This document shows positions 27,682-41,360 of a DNA stretch of 64,000 nt, in pieces. The stretch comes from Octopus vulgaris (Eukaryota): assembly GCA_951406725.2 (NCBI GenBank), contig OX597814.1, forward strand, positions 152,954,001-153,018,000. Direction: 5' to 3'. Made by a program: the position numbers and the translations under genes. How positions within the stretch are numbered: the first letter of the stretch is position 1; each line of letters begins with the position of its first letter. The notes beneath the pieces were generated by a model, which was given only the letters and a program-made list of their open reading frames with translations, was not told the origin of the DNA and searched no databases.

Positions 27682-29517
27682 TGTAACTGTTACGGCTGGA
27701 AGATGTATTTGATCATGGCTGAACTGGGGTGTTAAGCAAATTAGATCTACAATCCATCGAAAAACTTGTTTCTTATATATTTTGATTTTATTTCAAATTA
27801 TTCTTTGATTCTACTGTGCATACTCATGTTAACTATTAACAGCAAGGAAAATATGCCGTCATTGTTATTTAGCTCCAGGCCTGGCTAGAATTTCAATCAT
27901 AAAAAGAGCAATTACTGATAACCTGGAAAATCCATACCTCAGATTTTGGCATGTTGATGATTCTTCAAGTGGGACATCCTGGGGTGATGGACCTTTAGGT
28001 GGCAACATCTGTGATGATAATTTTTCAGGTAGGAGTAAAGAGAAAGGAGACTTTTGCAGTCATTCGATCTTCTAGAAAGAACAACCAAATCTCATTCAAA
28101 TTGCGTTCTTCGGTTTCGAAAAAGAAAAGATACTCTGGGTTATGTACTTATAGATGTTTTAAAGGTTGGGGATAACGTTGATGGTTATGAAAAAACAAAT
28201 TGAAGGGTTAATGATAAAAATAGAGGGGCGGCTATCTAATGATGTCACTATTACTGATTTCATCACAGAAATGTGAATATTACTGGTTCCATCGCAGAAA
28301 TGTGAATATTAATTCCAAATTATAATTGAAATAAATGTTTCATTCAGGGTAATAATCACATCTGAATGGGACAGAAGATTCTACGAGATAGTCATACGAG
28401 TTTCAACGGACTTCAATAATTAATAATATATAATAGAAGGGATTTCTGATTGAATAAAGCTTTAGACACGAATTGAATCATTTGAAATAGCGTTAGAAGG
28501 TTCAGAATATTCTGGAACTGAAGATAAAAATATTATGCTGAAATGCCTAACATTACAAAATACAGAATACACAAGCTGGTAGTCAGGGCTGGATTAAACC
28601 CGATAGCACTTAAGATTTTGGTACCCCCTTAATTATGTAATTCAAAATATAAACAATAATAAACCATAAGATAATTTTTTTCCGATCAAACAAAGCACTT
28701 CGAATATTTAATTAGCAAGTTTAAAATGATTCCTTTTGTGCCGTAAACCGTTTATAATTACTGTGGTATCCTCTTCTCTTGAACACGTGTTTATTTATCT
28801 TAAGGGTTAATCCAGCGCTGTTAATAGTAACGCTTGACAATACAAAGCTGTTATGATGATACAACATAAAGGAACAGTAAAACAATGCAATGTCTAATAA
28901 TACCAGAGTCTGATAGCGGTTTGAAGATAAAATGATAGAACAAATATGGGTCAAGATGCAGAAAATGTGAAAGAAACCGGAAAATGCAGTTGAAATCGGA
29001 AGTGACAACAGTGATATCCTATAATTTCATAATATCTATATAACGTGAAAACGATGTATAGAAAGTACTTACAGCTTTTGCACGGTCTCTAAACATATAT
29101 TTCCACATATGCTCATACAGATACGATGTTAATAAAGTATCATTCATTCCACACTATCTCCTGAGTTTCTTCTTGGCAATTATCAACTGTCTTTTGATAG
29201 TCTGTGTATGGATGCTTTAATCGTTGGATCAGCAAAATTCAAGGAATGGTTCACAACTTCACAACTATATATGCGAGCGACCCAGACAAACATAACTTAT
29301 TAATCGAATATTAAACGCGTCCTTGGTAATACCTATTGCGTTATAATAGGCCAAAATGTTGCGCACGTACGATCGAGGATCTCAATCAGGTAGCAATTAC
29401 TTTGTACCGGCTTCTACTGCACCATACATCCGATTCCTTTTATGCTGCTTACCCAGGTGATATTTTCGATGCATATATTGGATTTCACTATCGTCACTTC
29501 CAGTGCAATTTACTTTT

Positions 29518-29912
29518 GGAGTGGCTGTGTGGTAAGTAGCTTTCTTACCAACCACATGGTTCCGGGTTCAGTCCCACTGCGTGACATCTTGTGCAAGTGT
29601 CTTCTACTATAGCCTCGGGCCGACCAAAGCCTTGTGAGTGGATTTGGTTGACGGAAACTGAAAGAAGCCCATCGTATATATGTATATATATATATGTGTG
29701 TGTATGTTTGTGTGTCTGTGTTTGTCCCCCTAGCATTACTTGACAGCCGATGCTGGTGTGTTTACGTCCACGTCACTTAGCGGTTCGACAAAAGAGACCG
29801 ATAGAAGTAGTAGGCTTACAAAGAATAAGTACCGGGGTCGATTTGCTCGACTAAAGATGGTGCTCCAGCATGGCCGCAGTCAAATGACTGAAACAAGTAA
29901 AAGAGTAAAGAG
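29518..29912 (+). mobile_element. SINE family A
   Basis: A/B boxes, body and GACTGAAACAAGTAAAAGAG tail. Confidence 0.9.
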
Positions 29913-30240
29913 ATTAACTGCGTGTTAACCCAAATGTGAGTAGAGTATCATTTGAAATGTCTTTATATTCGAGGATCAGAAATGCTTGGTCTCTCATTCT
30001 TTGGCGAATCACTTCGTATACTTGCTGCATTTCATATGAAAAGAAGTTACTGTTCTAACCCAAGTATCGACGTTCGAGTTGATCTGTTGGAAATGCGTCG
30101 GTTGTAGTGGCTAGTTTCTAGGATGTCACTAGAAGTGATGAGTATGCTGCAAACTTCGTTGATAGCCACTTGTAGAAAAATTCTGAGTGCATGAGCGATA
30201 AAGTATACTATAGTAAAACGAATAATAGTAATAATAATTG

Positions 30241-30407
30241 TAACAAGAGAACTCAGATAGCGCAAACCTCCGCCAACGCAATACCAACGTCCTTGACAAT
30301 TAACCGGAGACGATTTTTAAAATGAGAATATCTGAAATAAAATCGACTGCTCTCACAAACGAGAATACTAAAAATGAACCCGATCGCTCTCAAACGGAAG
30401 AATAATC

Positions 30408-30482
<75 letters not shown>

Positions 30483-30722
30483 TGAATGAGATGTGAAGGG
30501 AGAGGAAATGAAATACTAATACAGTGAAGGAAAAGTAGTGAGAGTAATAGCCATGACTGAGAGGGAGTGAGAGAAAGTAATGACAATGAGAAAGACCAAG
30601 CGAAGTGGCAGAGAGAGCGTCGTATGAATGAGAAAGGAAGGAGTAATAGATGAATAACGAAGGAAGGGGTGAAAAAGCCGAAGTGTGAGTATATGTGGGT
30701 AAAAGAGAGGTATGTTTGCGTG

Positions 30723-30758
<36 letters not shown>

Positions 30759-31112
30759 TGCGTGCGTGTATGTATACAATGGAAATGAGATAGTAATGTT
30801 CATCGCTGAAGATGTGTGAGTATATGTGTTTATGTGTGTGCACGTACAAGAGAACTATGTGAAATTTTACATATACATGTAAAGTAAAGGAAATATAAAA
30901 AATAATCCAGAATCCTTGTCCGGTACTGGATAGATCCCAAAATCTAAGCGACCGTGCTAGTCACAAGCCAAACATCCCTGAAAGTTCCATCCGAATCCAT
31001 CCAGCAGTTTCTGAGATATCTTGTCCACGGACAAACAAAGAAACAAACAAAGAAACAAACAAACAAACACCACTGAAAACAATACCTCCGCCTTCGATTA
31101 GGTGGAGGTAAT
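30241..31112. mobile_element. Helentron/DINE-like non-autonomous element with internal microsatellites
   Basis: Left end AACAAGAGAACTCAG...ACCTCCGCC; right end (AAAC)n then hairpin ACCTCCGCC-TTCGATTA-GGTGGAGGT. Confidence 0.55.
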
Positions 31113-31355
31113 AATAAGAGTTCTTGAATAAAAACCGAAAAAACTGCAGGCATGACCATATAGTTAAAATATTCGCTTTGCAACCACGTGACTATGGACT
31201 GCCCTACGCTCCACCTTCTGCAAGTCCCTTTACCATGTCCTTGGAACGACTGTACGATTGTAAGGAAATTAGATGGAACCCGTGCAGAAGCCCTTCAGAA
31301 AGTATATGTGTGTGTGTGTGTGTGTATGAGTGTATGTATATCTGTATTTTTATAA

Positions 31356-31386
<31 letters not shown>

Positions 31387-31474
31387 TATATATATAAATA
31401 CATATATATATATATATATACACACACATATATATATAAATACATATATATATATAAATATAGATATACATACA

Positions 31475-31521
<47 letters not shown>

Positions 31522-32423
31522 TTATTATAAGCTTGGTAAGAAAATAAGTAGTACCTTATTTAATTAGAACAAGCCCTTTTCCCGAAATTGCTGGCCTTGT
31601 ACCAAAATTTGAAATTTGAAAGCAATATTAAACACCCCTAATGTCACATGCTTAACGCAGATGTTTTGTTTAAAGAGTGTTGTGGTTTATCATCTAGGAA
31701 AAAGGTCCCTTTGAAACGAAGTGTTAAAACGCATTACATACTTCAGAGCTAGACGAAGTGAAATCGCCCCAGGAGCGAACACGTGAATTGTAAATGCGTA
31801 TTTCGCTGTAATTGAACTTTATCAATACCACACACTCGTGTTACATCCGAAAGGGAAATCGAAATCTCTAGCCTGAAGTATATATTTATAGCGTAGAAAC
31901 TATACAGACGTAATAAGAGTTCTCAGAGCCCAGAGGCAGGGGAAAACATATTTTCCCTCCATTACCCTTTCTTGCTACATACGCCCAACGGTGGAGCAAT
32001 CGGATGATGCTTACAAAAAATCTCAACGCTTGAAGCAGCGGATGAAGGGGACTATGTATGTCCTACATGCTACCTAAGGCGCCACTTACAAATATAACTG
32101 GGTCAGCGGCAATCCATTGCAGTTTCATAACTGGATCCTACATGTCTCATTCAATATTGCTGCAGACGAAAGTGTGTGGGTCACTTCCTGACAAGTTGAA
32201 ATTCCACTTTAAGCAAATACACTTTCTTCAACGACGCCACTTCTGATTACCAACTCAATAAGTTAATACAGTGAGTGTAGCATAGAACCACTATGGATAA
32301 TACAAGCTCATTATCACCTCAATGTTAAGTGCATAGAGTGCTTGCTACACAGAAAACCAGTATAAATTCGATGTTAAGTGAGTAGATTGAGTGAGGACAG
32401 AATTCTAAATGAGTTAAGTATGA

Positions 32424-32629
32424 ATTTGTACATGTGTGGACGTTTACATTTGTACATGTGTGGACGTTTACACATGATTCAGTGTTTTTCCGCCGTAAAA
32501 ATATTTTCTTCATTCAGTGATGTAATCTTCATTGAAGAAAATATTTTTACGGCGGAAAAACACTGAATCATGTGTAAACGTCCACACATGTACAAATGTA
32601 ATCTTCATTGAAGATTACATCACTGAATG
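32424..32629. repeat. Compound palindrome with short tandem duplication
   Basis: 69-bp arms at 32444-32512 and 32533-32601; second inversion 32511-32531 / 32609-32629; 24-nt tandem at the left. Confidence 0.9.
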
Positions 32630-32949
32630 TAGCTGTTCAATTCTAATGATGTTTATTTAAAGAAGAGGACAGGACTTCCATTACTAGCAGGTCGTGGCGC
32701 CTCTGTCTTAGGGCCATTTTAAATCTATGACTATTATAAACGTGTGCAAGTGCTTTTTATGTTGTCGTGAGTGAATATATCTTCTCTTGTACTTTCGGGG
32801 TACAAGAGGGTAATCACTAGCCGTTGCTTTAATAATCCAGAATTCTACCAGTCAGAAACAACAAGACGCAGACGTAAAAGATATATATACTACTTTATTC
32901 TCTAATGTGGTAACAGTAACAATAAGTGGTTATCTGGTATCCCTTTGGT

Positions 32950-33350
32950 TCTGGGCGCGCAAGGCTGAAAGTTAATCGATTGTAATATTTACAATTTTCA
33001 GCCGCTAAAAACAGAACGGGTTAAAGATGGCGGCGAACAATGGAGACGATGTTGGTCTGCAACAATTTGGTTAAAGGCCTTTTGGTAAGGTGCTGCTAGA
33101 AGCAAGTTCGAACGGAGAGAAAATATGCGTGACCGTCGCCTTCAGTCGCTGCTGTCTCAAGTCGCTGGCTGCTTCTGCTAGCGGTCAAACGTTCTACGAC
33201 CCCCTTGCCTTGGCTAACTACCACGTAGGCAAAAGGGTCGTGCTTCCGGTGGTTCGCGCATGCGCGAGAGGGCCCTTCCTTTCTGTGCCTTGGTGAAGGC
33301 ACCAACACTCGCACGCGCGAAATAGAAAATGGACCACTACACCTATATAA
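32950..33350 (+). promoter_or_regulatory. Candidate CpG-rich Pol II promoter and first exon
   Basis: YY1-like AAGATGGCGGCG (33024-33035), donor TTG|GTAAGG at 33084/33085, NRF1-like CGCGCATGCGCG (~33255-33266). Confidence 0.55.
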
Positions 33351-34514
33351 CCGTGATTTACACGCCATATTTTGGATTCCATTTGTTATATGTATTTATG
33401 TATATGTGCGTGTATATGTATGTGTATGTGTGTGTGTGTGAGTTTAATATGAATGTATGTGTCCGAGATATGTAGCTCTTAACAAGCAAGCGATGTCTTT
33501 TATGTTTTGGCCAATGGGGAATATTCCGTATTCCTGCTTCTATTTCTCGTACCACACGCATGCATACGCACACGCACACACGCTGTTTATTGGGTGATGA
33601 TGTTGGTGGTGCTGGCGATAGTAGTGGTGGTGTGGGGTGAGGTATTTACCTTGTGGGAAGTTCAAACCGAAACGTATGTTAGAACAACCGATTCTTTTCC
33701 TTGTTGTTGTAGTTGTTGCTGCCACTTCTGCAGAAACCCTCACCACCATCATCGTTGCCGTCGTTGCTGTCGTCGTCGTCGGACACCGAGAGGGGAGAAC
33801 CCGGATTAAATTATTTAACATATCATGGCCTTCGTGTGTTCCCTGCACCCGCATCTCCACTTGTCCCTTTTTTGTGTGGCTATTTAGCAGCTCTTATATT
33901 CACCAGGAGGTGTTCTTTCCTTTTCCTTCTCTTTTTCTTTTTGGTGGGAGATATTGTGGGTGGTCAGGGGTAAGTCAGAGTTGCGATATATAAACAGCAG
34001 TGATGTCACGGAGTCGGTTCAGTCGACCATATATTAACTCCCTTTTTTTTCCCATCACCACCGTCATCATCCCTATCCATTCTTTTCCACATCAAAAATA
34101 GGAACAACACTGCCTGTCGTGAAGCTTTAGGATTTGTATGTAAGGAAACGAAATTATCGTTGAAGGTCATCGTCAGTTGATAGTGGGCACAAACGAAACG
34201 CCACATGATACTTCTGCCAAAAGTATCATGTGGAGTTTCTTTATGCCCAGTTCAGTTATGCAGTTCAGCTTTTGAAGGTCGATAGGTTGACATAATCGCC
34301 TAAAACCTTTGTCAATGGTACTCCAGCATCGGTTCAGTCCGGCTACTCAAACTAGTAAAAGGTAAGAAGGCATACCTACACAACTGTTCCCTCCACCACT
34401 AACTTTGTTTCCTCATAACTTTTAGAAAAATAGTATTTTTTAATGAAAGTTTCTACAAATACCTTTCAGATGATGTAGGTTACAATTATATCGGAATTTA
34501 ATGTAAAACATGTA

Positions 34515-35024
34515 CCGTAAATCTTCGAGTATAATCCGCATTTTCTCCCAAAATTTAAAGGTCAAAATCCCTATTGCATACTATATACGAGGTTAAAAAT
34601 GAAAATTATTTTCTAAGCAATGTCTGAGTCTCTATTTGCTGTCCGGCAATGGGTATTCAGACGCATTTTGTGATGTCGGACGCGAAAATACCTTAAGCTA
34701 AGCCTGAAAGCAATGAAGTCATAAAAGAATCATCCATAACTTGCTGTAAGCAACATTTATTAAACGTTATTACTGTTATTACTTTATTTTCTGCAAACAA
34801 AATGCACAAAAAAGCTACACGTTTACATTATGTTATATATACAATAATAATAAAGTACGTTACCGTATACATTTTTACAAACCAAGGACGTTATATAGAC
34901 CTCCTTGACTCAAGTTAGAGAAGGGGTGCGTATTATACACAAGGTTTAGGTTTTTCAGAGGTACAGCCCCCTAAAAAGCCCTGCGTATTATACTCAAGGG
35001 CGGATTATACTCGAGGATTTACGA
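34515..35024. mobile_element. pogo/Tigger-type MITE nested in an older MITE (~34380-35290)
   Basis: TA|CCGTAAATCTTCGAGTATAATCCGC ... GCGGATTATACTCGAGGATTTACGA|TA. Confidence 0.85.
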
Positions 35025-35937
35025 TAATTGGTAGGTGTGCAAACTTACATACTGACTCACATCACGTAATTTTTTCAAAAGTTCACGATTCATTTTTTTT
35101 TTAGATATGTGCGTAATGTGTATCAGTATGTATGTGTGCGTACCCATTAAATTTTGTTTCTCCATTAAGTTCCAATATAATTGGAATCTGCACCACCCGA
35201 AGGACATTTGTAGAAAAAATTTCATTAAAGAATATCTATTCTTCTGAAAACTATGAAGAAACAAAGTCATGGTAAGTGGGCAGGGAACGGATATACTTGC
35301 ATAAGTATAGTTAAAAGAATATGAAGTATTTTTTATTTTGCATTGAAAATAAATCGTGTTGCTATATCATGTGTGATATTGTAGTCCGTGTTGTGTGTGT
35401 GTTGAAACTGGTTTCTCTTTCCGTACAACCCAAGGGTTGTCTGGCATATAACGTGCTGAATAGAATAGTCCGTCATTGATATAAAGGAACAATAAATAAA
35501 TAAATGAATAAAACTGGATAAAAACTAAAACAAAATTCTCAACCATAAAACATAAAACGTAACAAAATGAAATTTTATTTTGCTTAGTAACCAATGCTAA
35601 AAAAAAAAGAAATTAGACGCCCTGGTTTCGTAGATACGAGTGCACACGTTGATGTAATCGACCAAATTAACAAGTATGATAAAAGCAATCGCATCAAATA
35701 TTTTAGTAGTTAAGTTAGAGATAATAGTTCCTCACCGCCGAACAACTAATGCTGGGTAATTTACGTTCTCGTAACTTAGCGGCTGGACAAATACAAACTA
35801 TCAGACTTTAAAGAAATAAGTAATGGGATCGATTTGCTCGGCCAAACCCCTTCAAAGCGATGCCCCAACATTGCTGCAATCTAATGACTGAAACAAGTAA
35901 ACGATAATCAATAAAGGAATCACTGAAAAGTTAATTA

Positions 35938-36253
35938 CTGTAAATCCTCGAATATAATCCGCATTTTTTCCCAAAAAATTTAATGGTCAAAATACCTAGT
36001 GCGTACTATATACGAGGTTAAAAATGAAAATTATTTTCTAAGCAATGTCCGAGTCTCTATTTGCTGTCCGGCAATGTTTATTCAGACGCATTTTGTGATG
36101 TCGGGCGCGAAAATGCCTTAAGCTAAGCCTGAAAGCAATGAAATCATAAAATAATCATCCATAACTTGCAGTAAGCAACATTTATTAAACATTATTACTT
36201 TTATTTCTTTATTTTCTGCAAACAGAAGTCCGCCCTTGAGTATAATACGCAGG
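35938..36253. mobile_element. Rearranged second copy of the same MITE
   Basis: Matches 34515-34800, followed by an inverted piece of the right end. Confidence 0.8.
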
Positions 36254-37045
36254 TAGAAGGCGGCGAACGCAGCCAGGAACCAGCACAACAACAACAAAAG
36301 AAAGAGACACAGCGGAAGTTGCGTAATTTAGCAATTTTTTTCAAAACAAAATCAAAGCATTCCAAAACAAAGGTTGACAAATCATGTACAGAGTTCGAAA
36401 AACAAATCATTCAACATTTGACTCAATACAGTTCGGTCTTTTTCAAGACAAATCATTTTACATTCAACACAAAGTTCAAAATCAACAGTCTCTTAGAGCT
36501 CCAATTTCCTCTTTTTTTTTTTAACACGACAGTTCTCAAAAAAGGCTCCTTCTCCTTTTAAAAACATTTCCAAGTTCTCTTTTTTTTTCTTCCTTTTCTT
36601 TTCTTTTGAAAACAGCCAACAACACGCTTTTTTTCTCTCTCTTTTCTTTCTCTTTTTTTTTACATCTAAACATCGAAATTCAAAACACAAATAAAAACAT
36701 TACCGCATGTTCCACGCCTGCAACACTCCCTGAACATCACAAAACTCCCACTATAGCAGCTTGCCTGCCGCTGTCTGTCAGTCTCTGTCATCTTTTCTGG
36801 TTCTCGTTCTGTCTCTTGCCCACTCACTGTCTGTCTCTCTCTAGACCCTGACTTTCATCTCTGTGACTGCCTCTCGCTGACTCCACCATCTCTAACTCAC
36901 TCTCTTGTCCGCTCCGCTCACACTGACCCTCTCACGGTTTCTCGCTGACTGACCCAACTAACTTAATGTTAGCCGTATCTATAATGTGTAGCAGCTAGAA
37001 GAAGAGAAATATCGATGACAGCAGTGTGTAGATCCTTCCCCAACA
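36253..37045 (-). mobile_element. Possible solo LTR
   Basis: Reverse complement starts TGTTGGGGAAGG and ends ...CCTTCTAC; no TSD found. Confidence 0.3.
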
Positions 37046-37515
37046 TTTTTTAAAAAACTTTCCGTGACTGTGTGGGGGCCATAGATCAATGCCTAGGACA
37101 ATTAATAACCATGTTCTTTGACAGGACAAAGGAAATACCATTGTCCTGAACAACTGGAGCGCCGGTTCGGTTCCAACGAATGGAACAAGGGGCATAATGT
37201 TTTTTTTTGTTCGTTTACTTTTCCTTGCCTCCGTAACAATATATCTATATATATACTGAACTACAAAAGAAACGTCGCATTGTAAAAGATTATTTGTTTC
37301 ACACACGATATTGAGATTATGTGGATTTTATCACATTTCTAGGTAATTTGACAATATATGACGTCAAACATGTTTCAGGAAATGAAGTTGTATCATTAGG
37401 AAAGAACGGTTTCTTAATTAGCACCCTTCAATCAATGCTATAGCAGTCTATTAATAAATCGGTTTCTATTTAGCATGTGTGCGACGTTTCTTTTGTGCTT
37501 CAGTTTATATATATT

Positions 37516-37720
37516 TATGTGTGTTTGTATTTGTTTGACCCCACCATCGCTTGACAGCCGATGTTGCTGTGTTTACGTCCCCGAAGCTTAGCGGTTCGGC
37601 AAAAAAGACCGATAGGATAAGCACTAGGCTTACAAAGAATAAACTCCGGGGTTGATTTTTTTTTTTTTACTAAAAGCGGTGCTCCAGTATGGCTGCAGTC
37701 AAATGACTGAAACAAGTAAC
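37516..37720 (+). mobile_element. SINE family A, 3' half
   Basis: Body and tail homology. Confidence 0.85.
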
Positions 37721-39454
37721 GAAGTATGCATATCCTGTACACTATTGTGGTAAATATTATTTTCCATGATACTCGTGAGCTTTAAATAACTGTATTTCTG
37801 TAAATGCATTATTGTGATATCATGAAATAGCTCAGATTACACTCATACTGTAATTATCTGACTAGTCAGTTGGCTTCATTGGCATTCCAGTCAGAGTTTG
37901 CAGTAGGTTTCAGCACTTGCTTATTATTGATATAAACTGATTTTATTATAATTTTAATATATTAAGTTCATCGAAATCATGCTTAAAATTTGGAAATATT
38001 TATGGTCACTCGCTGAAATAACAGTAAGTGAGAATTAGGAGGTCTGCTCTACTTATTTACTTGAAGATTCGCCCAGTAAGTCGCTCCATAGTTTGGGGAC
38101 ATTTTGGGGGGATTTTTTTTTTTCGATTTCTCTGCTGCTGTTTATGATGGATGCCATAAGCTAATGATACAACGCAAAAGGTCACAAGAAATGCTAACCA
38201 AACCGAGTTTCCCTTATATAGCACTCTACCGTCATAAAGAAAAAAAAAAGAAACGATAGCGACAAGGCATAGTTTAGTCCACATTTTTCTATGTCTGAAT
38301 AAAATACATCATGGCTATGGCTGAAATGTATTTGAACATAGCGATATATACTGGACGACCAGTTAGATATAGCATCCTAATCTCCCTCAATACATACCCT
38401 ACCATCTTGAAGTATAAAGTATATTGGATAATGTAGTTTTAGATACACTATATCTGAAGACATACAAAGGTTACCATGAACGAATGCTTTTCATCACAGT
38501 TCTACAACATGTTCACAATGATGGTGGCAGGGGATTCAGCACCCTAGACCAGTTCTGCAATGTTCCCCCCTCTCCCAGCTCCCAGCAACCAGCTTTATAA
38601 AATGTGCTTCTTCTCATCCCTGACATGTACCTTTCCTTCTCCAGGTTTTCTTTTCTTTACCAACCATTATTCATACCAGCTGAAGAATGCAGTTGAAAAA
38701 TTATAGTTAACTTTCAAAAGAGTTAATTATAATTTATAAGTTTATAATCATGCATATTACCAAGTAAATCTGTTATCAGGTAAAATTTGAAATGTTTAAC
38801 GCAAAATCGTATTACACAACACGATCTTCTCTTCCTCCCCTTCACTGCACCCCACTTCCTCGAAAATCACCTTATCGGATCTCAAAGTTTTCGTGCTTTT
38901 GGATTAAGCAATTTCGTCAGAATTGATTAGAATTCGTGCGACACACCCAGATTTTGGTGCCCTTGTTTAGGAATCAGTAAACATTTTTAAAGGTGAACTA
39001 AGGAAATATTCGGTTGCTGCATAATTAACGACCGTTTTATAATCTAATTTACAAGTTTTATTTAAAATTTAGAAGAAAAAAATAAAACGGTCGTTAATTT
39101 TGCACCAACCCAGGACGAATAAATAATGAATTCATCATCATACAATGCAGCGGAAGTAGATTTTTTTTTTTTTTTTGGAATGTAAATATTTTTCCTTATA
39201 AGCTTTCAACGTACAATATTGTAAAATACTTACTAACAGTGATATAAAGAACCTCACAACTACGTTAAAATCAAGTTTTAATTATGTGAGGCCGGCCTTC
39301 TCACTATGCAAACTAGTTGACTGTCTACGATAGGAACCGGGAAACGAACAGCCCGTTGCTCCATTTGGTCCGATACGCATACTTCACTGAATATGAAATA
39401 CTTGCGTCAGGAAACACGTGGTTTTAAATAAAATATTGCCATTTTTCAGCAAGA

Positions 39455-39526
39455 AGTTCTACGGGGTAATGATTGGCATTCAGGGCTTTGAGTCCAGCGA
39501 AACATTTTCAAGTCTCGATAGAAATG
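39455..39526 (+). pseudogene. Heavily decayed tRNA-Gln(TTG) pseudogene
   Basis: AGTTCTACGGGGTAATGATTGGCATTCAGGGCTTTGAGTCCAGCG...AAGTCTCGATAGAA aligns colinearly with the intact gene. Confidence 0.7.
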
Positions 39527-40499
39527 ACAGTGTTAACTTTTTTTCCAAATTTTTTCTTTTATCAACTGTTGTTTATATCAATAAGACACGTAACAGATCT
39601 TGAATCTTTTATGTTGCTGTCACAGATTTTGACATTTTAAATTTTGTTCTAATTGTTTCTAAATCTAGTATACTGATATACGATAATTATGGAAATAAAA
39701 TTCATTTTTTGCCGTAAATTAATTTATAAAAAGTTAATAGCTTTTAAAGTTTGTAAATTTTGGGTAACTATAGCCAACCGAAAGCCACAGACACGTTGAT
39801 GTCTGTTTCCATAGTAACAAGTGAAACTGAAGTGCGCTTAAAACTACTGGATGTTGGCGCTGGATATTACAAAGTAAATCTGTGATCTGGTAAAATTTGA
39901 AATGTTTCATGCAAAATCGTGTCACTACGACTCGATCCACGGTTTCCTCTCCACGTCACTCAAGTTCACCAGAAGTCGACTCATCGACTCTCAAACTTCA
40001 TATATTTTGGAATTAAGAACATTTTTATTGAAAATTCATCAGAACTCGTGTGACACACTGACACACACAAATTTTAGTGACCTTGTCCAGGAATTGGAAA
40101 ACATTTTTCATGGCGCACCGTGTAGAATTGACGTCTTATGACCAACACGAATAAATAATGAGCTCATGATCATAGAAGACTATGGAAATAGCTTGTCCTT
40201 TGTTTTGATTCTCCTTTTAAGCATTTAACAAACATTATAAGCATTTAACAAACAATTAAGTAAAATGTTTTCCAACGGTGACATAAAGAACAACCACATA
40301 CCTACGTTAGCGATATGTTTTAGTTACGTGAGACCAGCTTTCTTCCTAGGGGAACTAGTTGACGGTCTGCAGTAGAAATCGGTAAAATCCTCTGTTTGAC
40401 CCGGTTCGCATGTATTCACTGAAAATGAAATATTGACTTCCGGATATATGTAGTTTGAAAGTTAATTTCAGGACTAAATGTTTACAGGTATCTTTGATA

Positions 40500-40558
40500 G
40501 GTTTTATGGTGTAACGGTTAGCACTTTGAATCCAGCGGTTCGAGTCTCGGTAGACCGT
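40500..40558 (+). pseudogene. tRNA-Gln pseudogene with internal deletions
   Basis: Lacks CTGGACT of the anticodon arm and part of the T arm. Confidence 0.85.
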
Positions 40559-41076
40559 TGGAAGTTAGATGTAATTTTTTTTTACAGTTACATGACTATT
40601 AAAATGTCTCATTGATTTTTCAACTAACTCACCAATTTCTTTGCTTTCTAAGTATGTGATGTCATATGACCTTACTGACTTTCTCTTTCTCTGAAGGATA
40701 ACTGAGACGTTACCTTTCTACTCTCCCTCGCATCATAAATCATGTTCCCTTGTTTGAACACACAGTATTACTTCATGCCAAAACACAACATCGTTCATTT
40801 TTTGGTTCTTACAGACTTCTTCTTATAAGTAAAGCCAGTTGCTGGACATTTGTTTATTTATCAATGACATCAAACTATGACTGTCATAAGAAATGTACTA
40901 CAATGTTCCTTTCTTTATGACTGATTAAATGAAAAAAATTTGAAAAGATTTGTGACGTAAAATAGAATTAGTAATCGAAACTGCGTTGCTAGCATAACTC
41001 CAGACATGTTCGTCACATATTATGGCTTTATTTGTCTTCTAGATGTCAATGAAATAAAATTAGTGAATCAGTTTAA

Positions 41077-41360
41077 TCTATATCTATAAAACAGATATAG
41101 ACGAAAATTGTATGCACATTTTGCTTTGACGGTTAATGGCGGCCAAACCGATGCTATGATCGAGCTGAAAATTGACAGGGATACTAAATGCGTGGTGAGG
41201 ATTAAAACCCGCGATGGTTAAAATTAGAAAGCTATAAAGATGTGGTTGCTATGGCAAAAAGAGTGATTTTTTATCGATTCAAGGGGGCCCAGAGCGCCTC
41301 TAGGTTTGTGTGATTGGCTTTTAATACCCAGCGGCATGCACTGCCGGCTGTTGTGCTTAA
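41077..41360 (+). mobile_element. Diverged Helitron-like insertion
   Basis: TCTATATCTATAAAA start and a GC-rich hairpin near the end; interrupts the tRNA repeat unit. Confidence 0.4.

Noticed and set aside
33507-33993. Overlapping ORFs in a GC-richer region
   Set aside because: Low-complexity trinucleotide runs downstream of a splice donor; no recognisable domain.
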